Source: Promethearchaeota archaeon (GTDB lineage Archaea; Asgardarchaeota; Lokiarchaeia; Sigyniarchaeales; SOKP01). Taken from it: a DNA stretch of 64,000 bases. Both the position numbers and the translations under genes were made by a program. Shown here piece by piece: positions 1 to 8,231 of this stretch. The DNA lies in NCBI GenBank assembly GCA_016839555.1, contig JAEOUA010000001.1, positions 80,554 to 144,553 on the forward strand, written 5' to 3'. The notes beneath the pieces were generated by a model. It had not been told where the DNA came from and did no database searches. It was given only the letters and a program-made list of their open reading frames with translations. Position 1 is the stretch's first letter. Each line of letters opens with the position of its first letter.

Positions 1-203
1 TCAAATAATTCTCTAATCTTTGATTTTGGAGTTTTTTCTTTAAGTGTTATTGATAATTCCTTCACTAAACACACATCAATCTAATATTATAATTATAATT
101 CCTTATTATGATTGATACAATTTAAGCATTTCAAATAAAAAATAGTCAAAGAATTTGCATTAAAAATTAATTATTAGGAGCTTTTTTTAAAAGAGGAGAA
201 CTT

Positions 204-752
204 TTAGTCTATGGTTTCTCCATAATTTCTTAAAATTTGTCTCACAAGATTTTCAAACGCCTTCTCCACATTTTCCCCGTATTTTGCCGATGTTTCTACA
301 AAATCACAAGCCTTTATCTCTTCTGCTAATTTTTGCCCTTCTTCAGTTTTAACCATACGCTGTTCTTCTAAGTCTTTTTTATTCCCAATTAAGATATAAG
401 CCCCCTCCTTTTCCACATATTTCTTAAAGTCATTTAGCCATTTTTCTTTAATCGCCGCAAAAGTTTTTTCTCTGCTGATATCATACACTAAGAGGGCACC
501 AACACAACCCTGAAAGTACATGGAGCGAATTACATTGTACTTTTCTTGTCCCGCCAAGTCCCACATAATTAATCTGACCCTTGTGTCATTAATATTTACA
601 TCTTTTCGAATTATATTCGCTCCAAGAGTTGGTTTATAGTCCTCTTGGAAACTACTTTCTACATATTGACTAATCAAGCTTGTCTTGCCTACGGCTGCCT
701 CGCCGAGGATTGTGAGTTTAAAGACAAACTCTCTATTATCATTTGCTGACAT
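204..752 (-). CDS. Rab/Ras-like small GTPase
   Basis: All G-motifs are present in order: G1 GEAAVGKT, G3 WDLAGQE, G4 GNKKD, G5 ETSAK. About 180 aa with no C-terminal Cys prenylation motif. Last gene of a tightly spaced three-gene minus-strand unit. Confidence 0.85.
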   Translation of the reverse strand: MSANDNREFVFKLTILGEAAVGKTSLISQYVESSFQEDYKPTLGANIIRKDVNINDTRVRLIMWDLAGQEKYNVIRSMYFQGCVGALLVYDISREKTFAAIKEKWLNDFKKYVEKEGAYILIGNKKDLEEQRMVKTEEGQKLAEEIKACDFVETSAKYGENVEKAFENLVRQILRNYGETID

Positions 753-786
753 ATAGTTAAAATCCTTTTGTAATTAATACTATATT

Positions 787-1341
787 TTAAAACTTATTAT
801 TTTTTTTGATTTTTAATTTTAAGAAAAAACTCTTTTCTTCTGCTTTTGAGGCTTCATAATCGACTTTTTCTTGAGCTGATAAAGTTTTTTCAAGTGTGTG
901 AACTAAAAATCCAATAAATAAATCACATGAATTGTCAATTTCCGAGCAAAATATACAATTTTCAATCTCTAAATTTATTGAAACACTAGTTTTTTCTAAA
1001 ATTTTCACATTCCAATTTGTTTTAATTAATTGAGTGAGTTCTTCTATACTTTCTTGAAAATTCTTTCCAAATGGGAAGAGATAAAAGGAAAATTTCTTCC
1101 CAATAGTATATAATAGATCAAATGAATTGTATAATAGAACATCTTGAGCAAAAAGAATCTTTTTAAAGGGGGAAAGAATAATATATTCATTTGGATTAGT
1201 ATCTCTTCGGTCTTTAAATTCAAGCATACCTGCTTCTTTTAGAATCGATTTCATTCCATCATAATCGAGGATATCGAGGTATGCTTGAAGTAATGCCGTT
1301 ATAACTTTATTTTGCACGAGCCCATTGGTTTTTTCAGTCAT
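787..1341 (-). CDS. V4R (4-vinyl reductase / TRAPP Bet3-like) domain protein, putative
   Basis: The C-terminal segment LEIENCIFCSEIDNSCDLFIGFLVHTLEK fits the V4R core pattern C-x2-C...C-x-F-x-GF. About 180 aa is a typical size for archaeal V4R proteins. 34-nt gap to the GTPase gene. Motif-level call only. Confidence 0.5.
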   Translation of the reverse strand: MTEKTNGLVQNKVITALLQAYLDILDYDGMKSILKEAGMLEFKDRRDTNPNEYIILSPFKKILFAQDVLLYNSFDLLYTIGKKFSFYLFPFGKNFQESIEELTQLIKTNWNVKILEKTSVSINLEIENCIFCSEIDNSCDLFIGFLVHTLEKTLSAQEKVDYEASKAEEKSFFLKLKIKKNNKF

Positions 1342-1374
1342 TTATTCCCCTATATTAAAAGAAATTATTTATTT

Positions 1375-1800
1375 TTATAATTTTAGAAGCGAGAGATCGA
1401 ATCGTGGATCATGTTCTCTTTGAAGTTTTTCTTGTGTTTCATGAATAATTACTTCACCTGTTACTGAAATTATTCCACTATGGAAATGACCCCCTAGTAA
1501 GCTATAATCCTCTCGTCCTACAATACAATGGAGATGAATTATTGGTTCTCCATTTTTAAATGCAATATTCCCCATACAACTTACTAATTCTACATTTTCT
1601 TCAAAAGTTTTGAATTTATATACTTTATTTGTAAGGTCAAAAAATCCAATAGTATATTTTTTTAAAGCTCCAATAATAGAAACTGATCCAGATTGTATGT
1701 TATGTTTCTTTACAATCTGAGTTACAGCATTTATAACTTCTTCATCTGGGGAAAGCTTAGCTAATATTACTCGATTAGATTTAGTTTGGATGCTTTTCAT
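1375..1800 (-). CDS. PPC (DUF296) domain protein
   Basis: 141 aa. The pattern SGSVSIIGALKK ... GEPIIHLHCIVG ... GGHF..G.ISVTGEVII is typical of the PPC/DUF296 fold. 33-nt gap to the V4R gene. Confidence 0.6.
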   Translation of the reverse strand: MKSIQTKSNRVILAKLSPDEEVINAVTQIVKKHNIQSGSVSIIGALKKYTIGFFDLTNKVYKFKTFEENVELVSCMGNIAFKNGEPIIHLHCIVGREDYSLLGGHFHSGIISVTGEVIIHETQEKLQREHDPRFDLSLLKL

Positions 1801-1943
1801 TATATTGTTAATTTTTTATATTATATTAATAATTCTTAGTTCTTTTAAATTTAATATATAATTAAAAAATAATTCTAAAGAAATAATTAAATTATAGAAC
1901 CGATATTTAAAGATATTTTTATTTAATGTAAAAAAGGAGATGA

Positions 1944-4025
1944 TTGATAATAAATATAACAAGGAATAACATTTCAAACCTAAATTGGGAAGATTTTGAA
2001 AATCTAAAAGGAGATGAAATTGAAGAGACTGCCAAACAAATTTTATCTATTATGAGTTTAAAAGAAAAGGCTCGGAAGATGGCTGGAGATCAATCAATGC
2101 TTCATGCGATTGGGATGTTAATTCATTACAATAAAAATCCTATTTCTGCTGGCAGAATAGAGCAATTAAATATTCCAGGTATTCAATTCACTGACGGCCC
2201 TCGTGGTATAGTGCTTAATAATTCCACATGTTTTCCCGTTTCGATGGCAAGAGGGGCAACATGGGATATAGATCTAGAAGAGAGAATTGGCAATGCAATC
2301 GGAATTGAAGCAAAAGCTCAAGGAGCAAATTTCTTTGGAGGAATATGTATTAATCTTTTAAGACATCCAGCTTGGGGAAGGGCCCAAGAAACGTATGGTG
2401 AGGATCCGCACCTTCTTGGTGAAATGGGAAGTGCTTTGCTAAAAGGTGTACAAAGGCATATAATGGCGTGCGCCAAACATTATGCTTGTAATAGTGTTGA
2501 AAACACAAGATTTAAAATAAATGTAGACATAGATGAGAGAGTATTAAGAGAAGTATATCTACCTCATTTTAAAAAGTGCGTTAATAATGGAGTAGCTTCC
2601 ATAATGAGCGCATATAATAGAGTAAATGGAAAATATTGTGGACATAATGAGCATTTATTGCGTCAAATATTAAAAGAAGATTGGAATTTTCAAGGATTTT
2701 TGGTAACTGATTTTGTTTTTGGTATTAGAAATGGACTAAAAGCAATAAAAGCGGGTGTAGACATTGAAATGCCCTTTAAATGGAAAATGCACCCCAAGAA
2801 GATTGTTAAATGGGTAAACCAAGGAAAAATATCAGAAGAATTAATTAATGAATCAGTTCTACGTATTTTAAAACAAGAGATAAGGTTCGCAAAAAAAGAT
2901 AATCCTGAATTATATAATTTAGATAAAATCGCATCAGAAGAACATACTGAACTTGCCTTAGAAGCTGCAAGAAAAAGCATCGTTTTATTAAAAAATGTAG
3001 GCAATCTTTTACCTTTAAAAAAGGAGAGTATAAAAAAAATCGCTGTAGTAGGAAAACTTGCGGATATGGAGAATATAGGTGATAAAGGGAGTAGCAGATT
3101 ATATCCTCCTTATGTAATTACACCCCTCCAAGGGATTAAAAAAGCTCTGGGCGACTCTATTGAGGTAGTTTATAATGAAGGTAAATCTCTAACAAAAACA
3201 AAAGAAATAACTAAGGATGCTGATATAGTTGTTATTGTTGTAGGATTTACTTGGAAGCAAGAAGGAGAAAATATGACCTTTGCTGGTGGTGATCGAGATA
3301 CATTATCTTTATCAGAGGATGACGAAAATTTAATTCTTACTCTTTCAGAATCATGTGATAGGTGTATTGTTGTATTGGAAGGAGGAAGTGCAATCATTAC
3401 GGAAAGATGGAGGCAAAATGTCCCTGTAATTATAATGGCATGGTATCCGGGTATAGAAGGAGGAACGGCCATTGCGGATATCATTTTGGGAAATATAAAT
3501 CCTAGTGGAAAACTTCCCACTGTATTTCCTAAATCCTCTGAACAATTACCTTTTTTTGATTCATCAACTTTAGAAATCAAGTATGATTATTATCATGGAT
3601 ATAAATTAATGGATAAACGTGGATTTGAACCAGCATTTCCATTCGGATATGGGCTCAGTTATAATACTTATGAATATAAAAATCTGAGAATAAATAAATC
3701 AGAAATCAAAAAAGGAGAAAAAATAGAAATCTCATTCGATATTACTAATAAAGGAGATCTGAATGGTGATGAAATAGTTCAGCTGTATATCGGATATGAG
3801 AATTCTTCGGTGGATCGACCTAAAAAGGAATTAAAAGGATTTACCCGTGTTAATCTGGAATCACAAGAGACAAAAAAAGTATCTTTAAATCTTGATTCAA
3901 ACGATTTAGCTTATTATAATACAGAAACTAAACAATGGGTAGTAGAACAAATCAAGCATATCATCTATGTTGGACCTTCTTCTCGTGCAAGCGATCTGTT
4001 AGAGGCATCATTTCAAATTTCTTAA
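1944..4025 (+). CDS. Glycoside hydrolase family 3 (beta-glucosidase-like)
   Basis: GH3 hallmarks: FTDGPRG, KHYACNSVE, GFLVTDF (nucleophile Asp region), a C-terminal sandwich and an Fn3-like tail (VQLYIGY...ELKGF). 693 aa. Confidence 0.85.
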   Translation: MIINITRNNISNLNWEDFENLKGDEIEETAKQILSIMSLKEKARKMAGDQSMLHAIGMLIHYNKNPISAGRIEQLNIPGIQFTDGPRGIVLNNSTCFPVSMARGATWDIDLEERIGNAIGIEAKAQGANFFGGICINLLRHPAWGRAQETYGEDPHLLGEMGSALLKGVQRHIMACAKHYACNSVENTRFKINVDIDERVLREVYLPHFKKCVNNGVASIMSAYNRVNGKYCGHNEHLLRQILKEDWNFQGFLVTDFVFGIRNGLKAIKAGVDIEMPFKWKMHPKKIVKWVNQGKISEELINESVLRILKQEIRFAKKDNPELYNLDKIASEEHTELALEAARKSIVLLKNVGNLLPLKKESIKKIAVVGKLADMENIGDKGSSRLYPPYVITPLQGIKKALGDSIEVVYNEGKSLTKTKEITKDADIVVIVVGFTWKQEGENMTFAGGDRDTLSLSEDDENLILTLSESCDRCIVVLEGGSAIITERWRQNVPVIIMAWYPGIEGGTAIADIILGNINPSGKLPTVFPKSSEQLPFFDSSTLEIKYDYYHGYKLMDKRGFEPAFPFGYGLSYNTYEYKNLRINKSEIKKGEKIEISFDITNKGDLNGDEIVQLYIGYENSSVDRPKKELKGFTRVNLESQETKKVSLNLDSNDLAYYNTETKQWVVEQIKHIIYVGPSSRASDLLEASFQIS

Positions 4026-4140
4026 CATCATTTTGTTTTTTAAAAATAGACAATTTAAAACCGGTAAAAAGAATAAAGAGAATTATAAAAAATTTTTATA
4101 CAAAAACTTTTTACCTTAATTTCTTATAAATAACATAATA

Positions 4141-5070
4141 ATGCCGGAAAAAGTAGTAGAGATTTCTGGAGTGGAATTACAAATTACCGAGCCCGCTGAA
4201 ATTGATATGGAATGGGTTGGGAATGAAGATTTAATTAATCAAGTGAAAGCTGCGTGGTTAATAGTTGATAAAGAGGATCTTCCTCTGACGCCCCGCATCC
4301 TTGGCAAACCGGGAATTGGAAAAACGACACTTTGCTATGCGAGTGGAAAGAGGCTTAAAAAAGATGTCTACATGTTTCAATGTACTATGGATACAAGACC
4401 CGAGGATCTTCTTATCAGTCCAGTAATTTCCTCAGATAAATCCATTAAATATGTTGCCAGTTCATTAGTATCTGCGATGATAAAGGGGGGTGTATGTCTT
4501 TTAGATGAGGCAAATAGGATGAGCGAAAAAAGTTGGGCCTCCTTAGCACCTCTTATGGATAAAAGGCGTTATGTAGAAAGTATTATCGCTGGAATCCGTA
4601 TTTATGCACACCCAGAATTTCGACTTTGCGTGACTATGAATAGTGATGCTAGTACTTATGAAGTTCCCGAATATATTTTAAGCAGAATGATTAATATTTA
4701 TGTGGATTTTCCTAATCGTGCTGAAGAGTTACAAATATTAAAGTATAATTTACCTTTCGCTTCGGAAGAGATTCTAGAATATTGCAATGAATTTTTGCAA
4801 AATGCGCATATTCACGATCAACCAATTGTATCTCGAGATGGAATAAAATGTCTACGATATTATATCAAACTAAGGCAATTAAAAGGGAAGGATCCTAAAA
4901 AATTAAATAAACCGGAGTTTAAAGATTCAATTTTGCATATATTAGATAAGCAAGCGATTAAATATTGTCCAGACGAGTATGAAAATTATCTTAAGGAAAT
5001 TAAGAAAAAAGATGAGAACCAAAAAATATTGGGAACTTTCTTTCCATCAGAAAATCCTAATGATTTTTAA
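4141..5070 (+). CDS. AAA_5 / MoxR-class (CbbQ/NorQ/GvpN-like) ATPase
   Basis: Walker A GKPGIGKTT and Walker B CLLDEANR. HPEFRLCVTMN (sensor-1 region) is typical of the AAA_5 family. 309 aa. Confidence 0.8.
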   Translation: MPEKVVEISGVELQITEPAEIDMEWVGNEDLINQVKAAWLIVDKEDLPLTPRILGKPGIGKTTLCYASGKRLKKDVYMFQCTMDTRPEDLLISPVISSDKSIKYVASSLVSAMIKGGVCLLDEANRMSEKSWASLAPLMDKRRYVESIIAGIRIYAHPEFRLCVTMNSDASTYEVPEYILSRMINIYVDFPNRAEELQILKYNLPFASEEILEYCNEFLQNAHIHDQPIVSRDGIKCLRYYIKLRQLKGKDPKKLNKPEFKDSILHILDKQAIKYCPDEYENYLKEIKKKDENQKILGTFFPSENPNDF

Positions 5071-5086
5071 TTAAAAATAAAAGAGT

Positions 5087-7087
5087 ATGATCGAGAATAA
5101 TTTTCCATTTATCAAGTATGGTAATAATGTTTTTGTAATTCCTACGTTTCATAGCCGGATTGAGTTTGCAAAATTGGTTCAGAAAGCTTTTTTTACTGTA
5201 TATCCCGATTTAATAGCAGTTGAATTGCCAGCTACCGTGAAAAAGGAAGTTTTTGAAGGTATAGAGAGACTTCCTTTTCTTTCTTTAATCGCGTATGCAG
5301 ATAGTTTAAATCCTGACAAACTTAACTTTATTCCTATTGATCCTGGTGATTCTATCATCCATGCAATTCGAATAGGAAAACAACAGAATGTACCTATAGA
5401 ATTCATTGATTTATCAGTAAAAGAATATCAACCTGAAAACATAGAACTGCCAGATGATTATTCTTTAAACGCTATTGATTTACAAACATTTTATAATGAA
5501 ATTTCAGTTCATTTCCGAAAGACTCTTTATAAACAAAAAACCAAATTGCGAAATCAACTAGACTTCCAAGATCTAATAACCAACGAGGAGCAATTAGATG
5601 CGAGGTATGAAAATCTTGAAAAAGATGTTTTTAGAGAAATGTATATGGCCTCTAATCTTTTGAGAATGATGCCAGCTTATCATAGAATCTTATTTATTGT
5701 GGGGATGGCTCATTGGGAATCTATAAAATATTATTTAGAACATCCTTCATTGCTAAAAAATGTTAATATTGACCTAGAACCCCATAAATACCTTAAAATT
5801 TACAATGTGAAGGGGAATCATGCTCGTTATCTTCTCAGAGAATTACCATATCATGTATATCAGTGGGAACTTTTTAATCAACAATTTTTTAAGAAAATTT
5901 TGGAAAATATTCAAACTATAGAAGAATTAAATTCTCTTATTGATGAATTTGATAAAAATACTCATATCAAACAAATATATCTTTCTGCGAAGAATGAATA
6001 TGAAGAGGAATTCAAAGAATATATTAACCTTCAAAAATTGAAAAATCTTTTTCAGTATACACGTAATATCACCTTAACGGAAAAAAGACTCATACCTAAT
6101 TTATTTCATTTATTAATTTCTTCAAAAAACCTTATAGATGATGATTTCGCATGGAAAGTAATGGAGGAAGCAATTAAATACCCCTTTGATGATGATAGTG
6201 AAAAATATGAAACTATTAAGCTTGATATGGAAGGTGGATACGATCCAAATGGCCGTTATATTAAATTACAGAGACATCATCCCTCATATTATAAAAAACC
6301 TAAAGAGGTCCCATTGGAGAAGAGGCCAAAAGAAAAATATCCCGGTGAATGGCGAGACAAATGGGAGGGAGGGAAAAATCGGACAGTATCTTATCCGCCG
6401 GAAGATATAATTGAGGAAAATTATTTTGCATATATTCGTCAAAAAGCTATTAAAAATTTAAAAGAACGACGAATAAATATTGAAGAATTTCAATCAAGCA
6501 TCAAGGATGGTATAGCAATTAAAGAAACAATTAGAGATTGGGGTATCAATAAAAAAATTTATGTGAAGAATGAACAAAAAATTAAAGGAAGAGTCGATAC
6601 AATTGTTATTATTTTTGAGGAAGATGATGGAGAGATAGAAAAATATCCCTATAAGCTGACTTGGTGGGCAGAACATGATAAAGAAAGTAACCTTGCGTTT
6701 TATTCAACCAATCCGGGAGAATATCTTATTGGACCAGGAATCTCTCATGTAGAAATAGGGGGTTTGCTCAGTATTTTTCCTCCTATATTTATTGAACAAG
6801 TATTCAGTGCGTATATGGATTATAATTATAAAGATGCGGAAACTAAAGCGGAACGCCTCCTTAAAGCGGCAATTCTCTATTCTAGAGAAAAATATATTGT
6901 ATATATTGCCAAAAACCCGCCCCGAAAACACTTTTATTCTCTTGCGGGCGTAAAGCATAGAGAAATTATATATATTCCTCTCGATAATTATTCTCAAGAA
7001 TCTTTTAAGCCCGTAAGACATATTCATATTTTAGCTGGGAAAGATAAAAGAAAAATTGCACATAACTATATTTTCTTAAATAAATGA
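5087..7087 (+). CDS. TraB/PrgY/Tiki-like N-terminal domain protein with a large uncharacterised C-terminal region (DUF5682-like?)
   Basis: The first ~215 aa carry, in order, VIPTFHS, PDLIAVELP, FREMYMASNL and LFIVGMAHWESI. These match the GxxH / Glu / ERDxxMA / GxxH signature of the TraB/Tiki superfamily. 16-nt gap after the AAA_5 gene. The remaining ~450 aa are unrecognised. Confidence 0.5.
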   Translation: MIENNFPFIKYGNNVFVIPTFHSRIEFAKLVQKAFFTVYPDLIAVELPATVKKEVFEGIERLPFLSLIAYADSLNPDKLNFIPIDPGDSIIHAIRIGKQQNVPIEFIDLSVKEYQPENIELPDDYSLNAIDLQTFYNEISVHFRKTLYKQKTKLRNQLDFQDLITNEEQLDARYENLEKDVFREMYMASNLLRMMPAYHRILFIVGMAHWESIKYYLEHPSLLKNVNIDLEPHKYLKIYNVKGNHARYLLRELPYHVYQWELFNQQFFKKILENIQTIEELNSLIDEFDKNTHIKQIYLSAKNEYEEEFKEYINLQKLKNLFQYTRNITLTEKRLIPNLFHLLISSKNLIDDDFAWKVMEEAIKYPFDDDSEKYETIKLDMEGGYDPNGRYIKLQRHHPSYYKKPKEVPLEKRPKEKYPGEWRDKWEGGKNRTVSYPPEDIIEENYFAYIRQKAIKNLKERRINIEEFQSSIKDGIAIKETIRDWGINKKIYVKNEQKIKGRVDTIVIIFEEDDGEIEKYPYKLTWWAEHDKESNLAFYSTNPGEYLIGPGISHVEIGGLLSIFPPIFIEQVFSAYMDYNYKDAETKAERLLKAAILYSREKYIVYIAKNPPRKHFYSLAGVKHREIIYIPLDNYSQESFKPVRHIHILAGKDKRKIAHNYIFLNK

Positions 7088-7225
7088 ATAGAAATCAATA
7101 ACATGGGAAAATCAAAAGATTTTAGATATAACTATCATTACCAAAATAAAGTAAAATTTTTTTACCCTATATCCATATTTTAATTAATATATAAGAATAT
7201 ATTGATCATCTTTTAATTTGTACCT

Positions 7226-7750
7226 ATGTTTCAGACGTTACTTTTCAAAATCGTGATAGTGGGTGATGGCGGCGTTGGCAAGTCTACAATGCTACAAAGA
7301 TTAGTAACAAATGAATTTATTTCTTGCCAAGTCACTATTGGAACTGATTTTAGAATGTTTAATGTTGCAATAAATAACTGCCTTATAAAATTGCAAATTT
7401 GGGACCTAGCTGGAGAGGAACGGTTCCATTTTCTCTTAGGGAACTATTGTCAAGGTGCAACTGGAGTGCTGCTCTGCTATGATATCACGCGCTATACCAC
7501 TTTTAAAAATATCGAAAAATGGTATAATATCACTAAAAATAATGCTGATAATCCTATATTTATCTTAGTTGGGGAAAAAAAAGATTTAGAATATAGAAGA
7601 GTAGTTTCCAAAGAAATGGGCTATTATTTTAAAAAACGATTTCAATTGGATTATTTTTTTGAAACCTCTTCAAAATCAGGCATAAATAATAAAGTTATAT
7701 TTGAAACTCTTGCAGCTGCTATCGCAGAAAAGAGAAATCTTGATTTATAA
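7226..7750 (+). CDS. Divergent Rab/Ras-like small GTPase
   Basis: G1 GDGGVGKST is canonical. G3 is WDLAGEE (Glu where the catalytic Gln sits), G4 is GEKKD (Glu in place of Asn of NKxD), and G5 is ETSSK. Confidence 0.8.
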   Translation: MFQTLLFKIVIVGDGGVGKSTMLQRLVTNEFISCQVTIGTDFRMFNVAINNCLIKLQIWDLAGEERFHFLLGNYCQGATGVLLCYDITRYTTFKNIEKWYNITKNNADNPIFILVGEKKDLEYRRVVSKEMGYYFKKRFQLDYFFETSSKSGINNKVIFETLAAAIAEKRNLDL

Positions 7751-7831
7751 CCTTGTTTGATTCTTAATAAAGGTGTCTTTACGACTTTTGAATGATTTTT
7801 ATAAAAATTCACATGCTCTTTTTCTTTAAAT

Positions 7832-8035
7832 ATGTTCATTGGTTATTCTTTTTTAGACAATATCATGAAAAAAGTGAGTTTGTTGAGAACCAAAGGGAAA
7901 GAACGTGTGTGTAAAAATTGCCAGCATTATGATATAGAAAGGCATGTGTGTAGATATTTCCATAGAAAGCTCGCTCCTCATTTTTATTGCATTGTAGACG
8001 GAAATAAGGTGTATTTTCTAGAAAATTCTCATTAA
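7832..8035 (+). CDS. Small Cys-containing hypothetical protein (possible zinc-binding)
   Basis: The ORF contains CKNC ... C ... C. A more likely start is the internal MKK at about 7864. No family recognised. Confidence 0.25.
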   Translation: MFIGYSFLDNIMKKVSLLRTKGKERVCKNCQHYDIERHVCRYFHRKLAPHFYCIVDGNKVYFLENSH

Positions 8036-8231
8036 GTCCTATTTTTAATTTGTTTATAGCTCGTTATTAACACTGTTTTTAAATAAAAATGGAACATTTA
8101 CCACCTTCTAATTCTTTTACAAAACTAAGAATACCAAAACGAATTAAGTGCAAAATATCACAAATCTAATATAAAAAATAGAAAATAAAGAAATTATTAG
8201 GTTAAGTTTTCAAAAAAATAGGAGAAAAAAA

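Noticed and set aside
1-65. Possible 5' end of a minus-strand gene running off the left edge (GTG at 65; MKELSITLKEKTPKSKIRELF...).
   Set aside because: Only 21 codons are visible, with no motif and no way to confirm it.
2690-3580. Antisense and alternative-frame ORFs inside the GH3 gene (2690..3004, 3170..3580, 3351..3545). Similar embedded ORFs occur across the window: 5179..5406, 6186..6410, 6494..6676, 6704..7027, 9456..9861, 12468..12803, 17166..17384, 18798..18980, 19929..20333, 22175..22384, 23708..24052, 25108..25314, 29206..29445, 31198..31443, 33693..34008, 37165..38355, 38907..39179, 40159..40350, 48067..48249, 48850..50289, 51010..51267, 51630..51836, 52224..52409, 53552..53746, 54216..54497, 55696..55896, 59191..59379, 60667..60894.
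   Set aside because: Each is fully contained in a longer ORF that has recognisable domain motifs. Their translations are Ser/Ile/Phe/Leu-rich, as expected from the reverse complement of AT-rich coding DNA.
3935-4129. Intergenic or tail ORFs 3935..4129, 7651..7839, 10317..10508, 26867..27109, 28026..28214, 34157..34405 and 35321..35503.
   Set aside because: They overlap the ends of well-supported genes or lie in AT-rich spacers, with low-complexity translations and no motifs.
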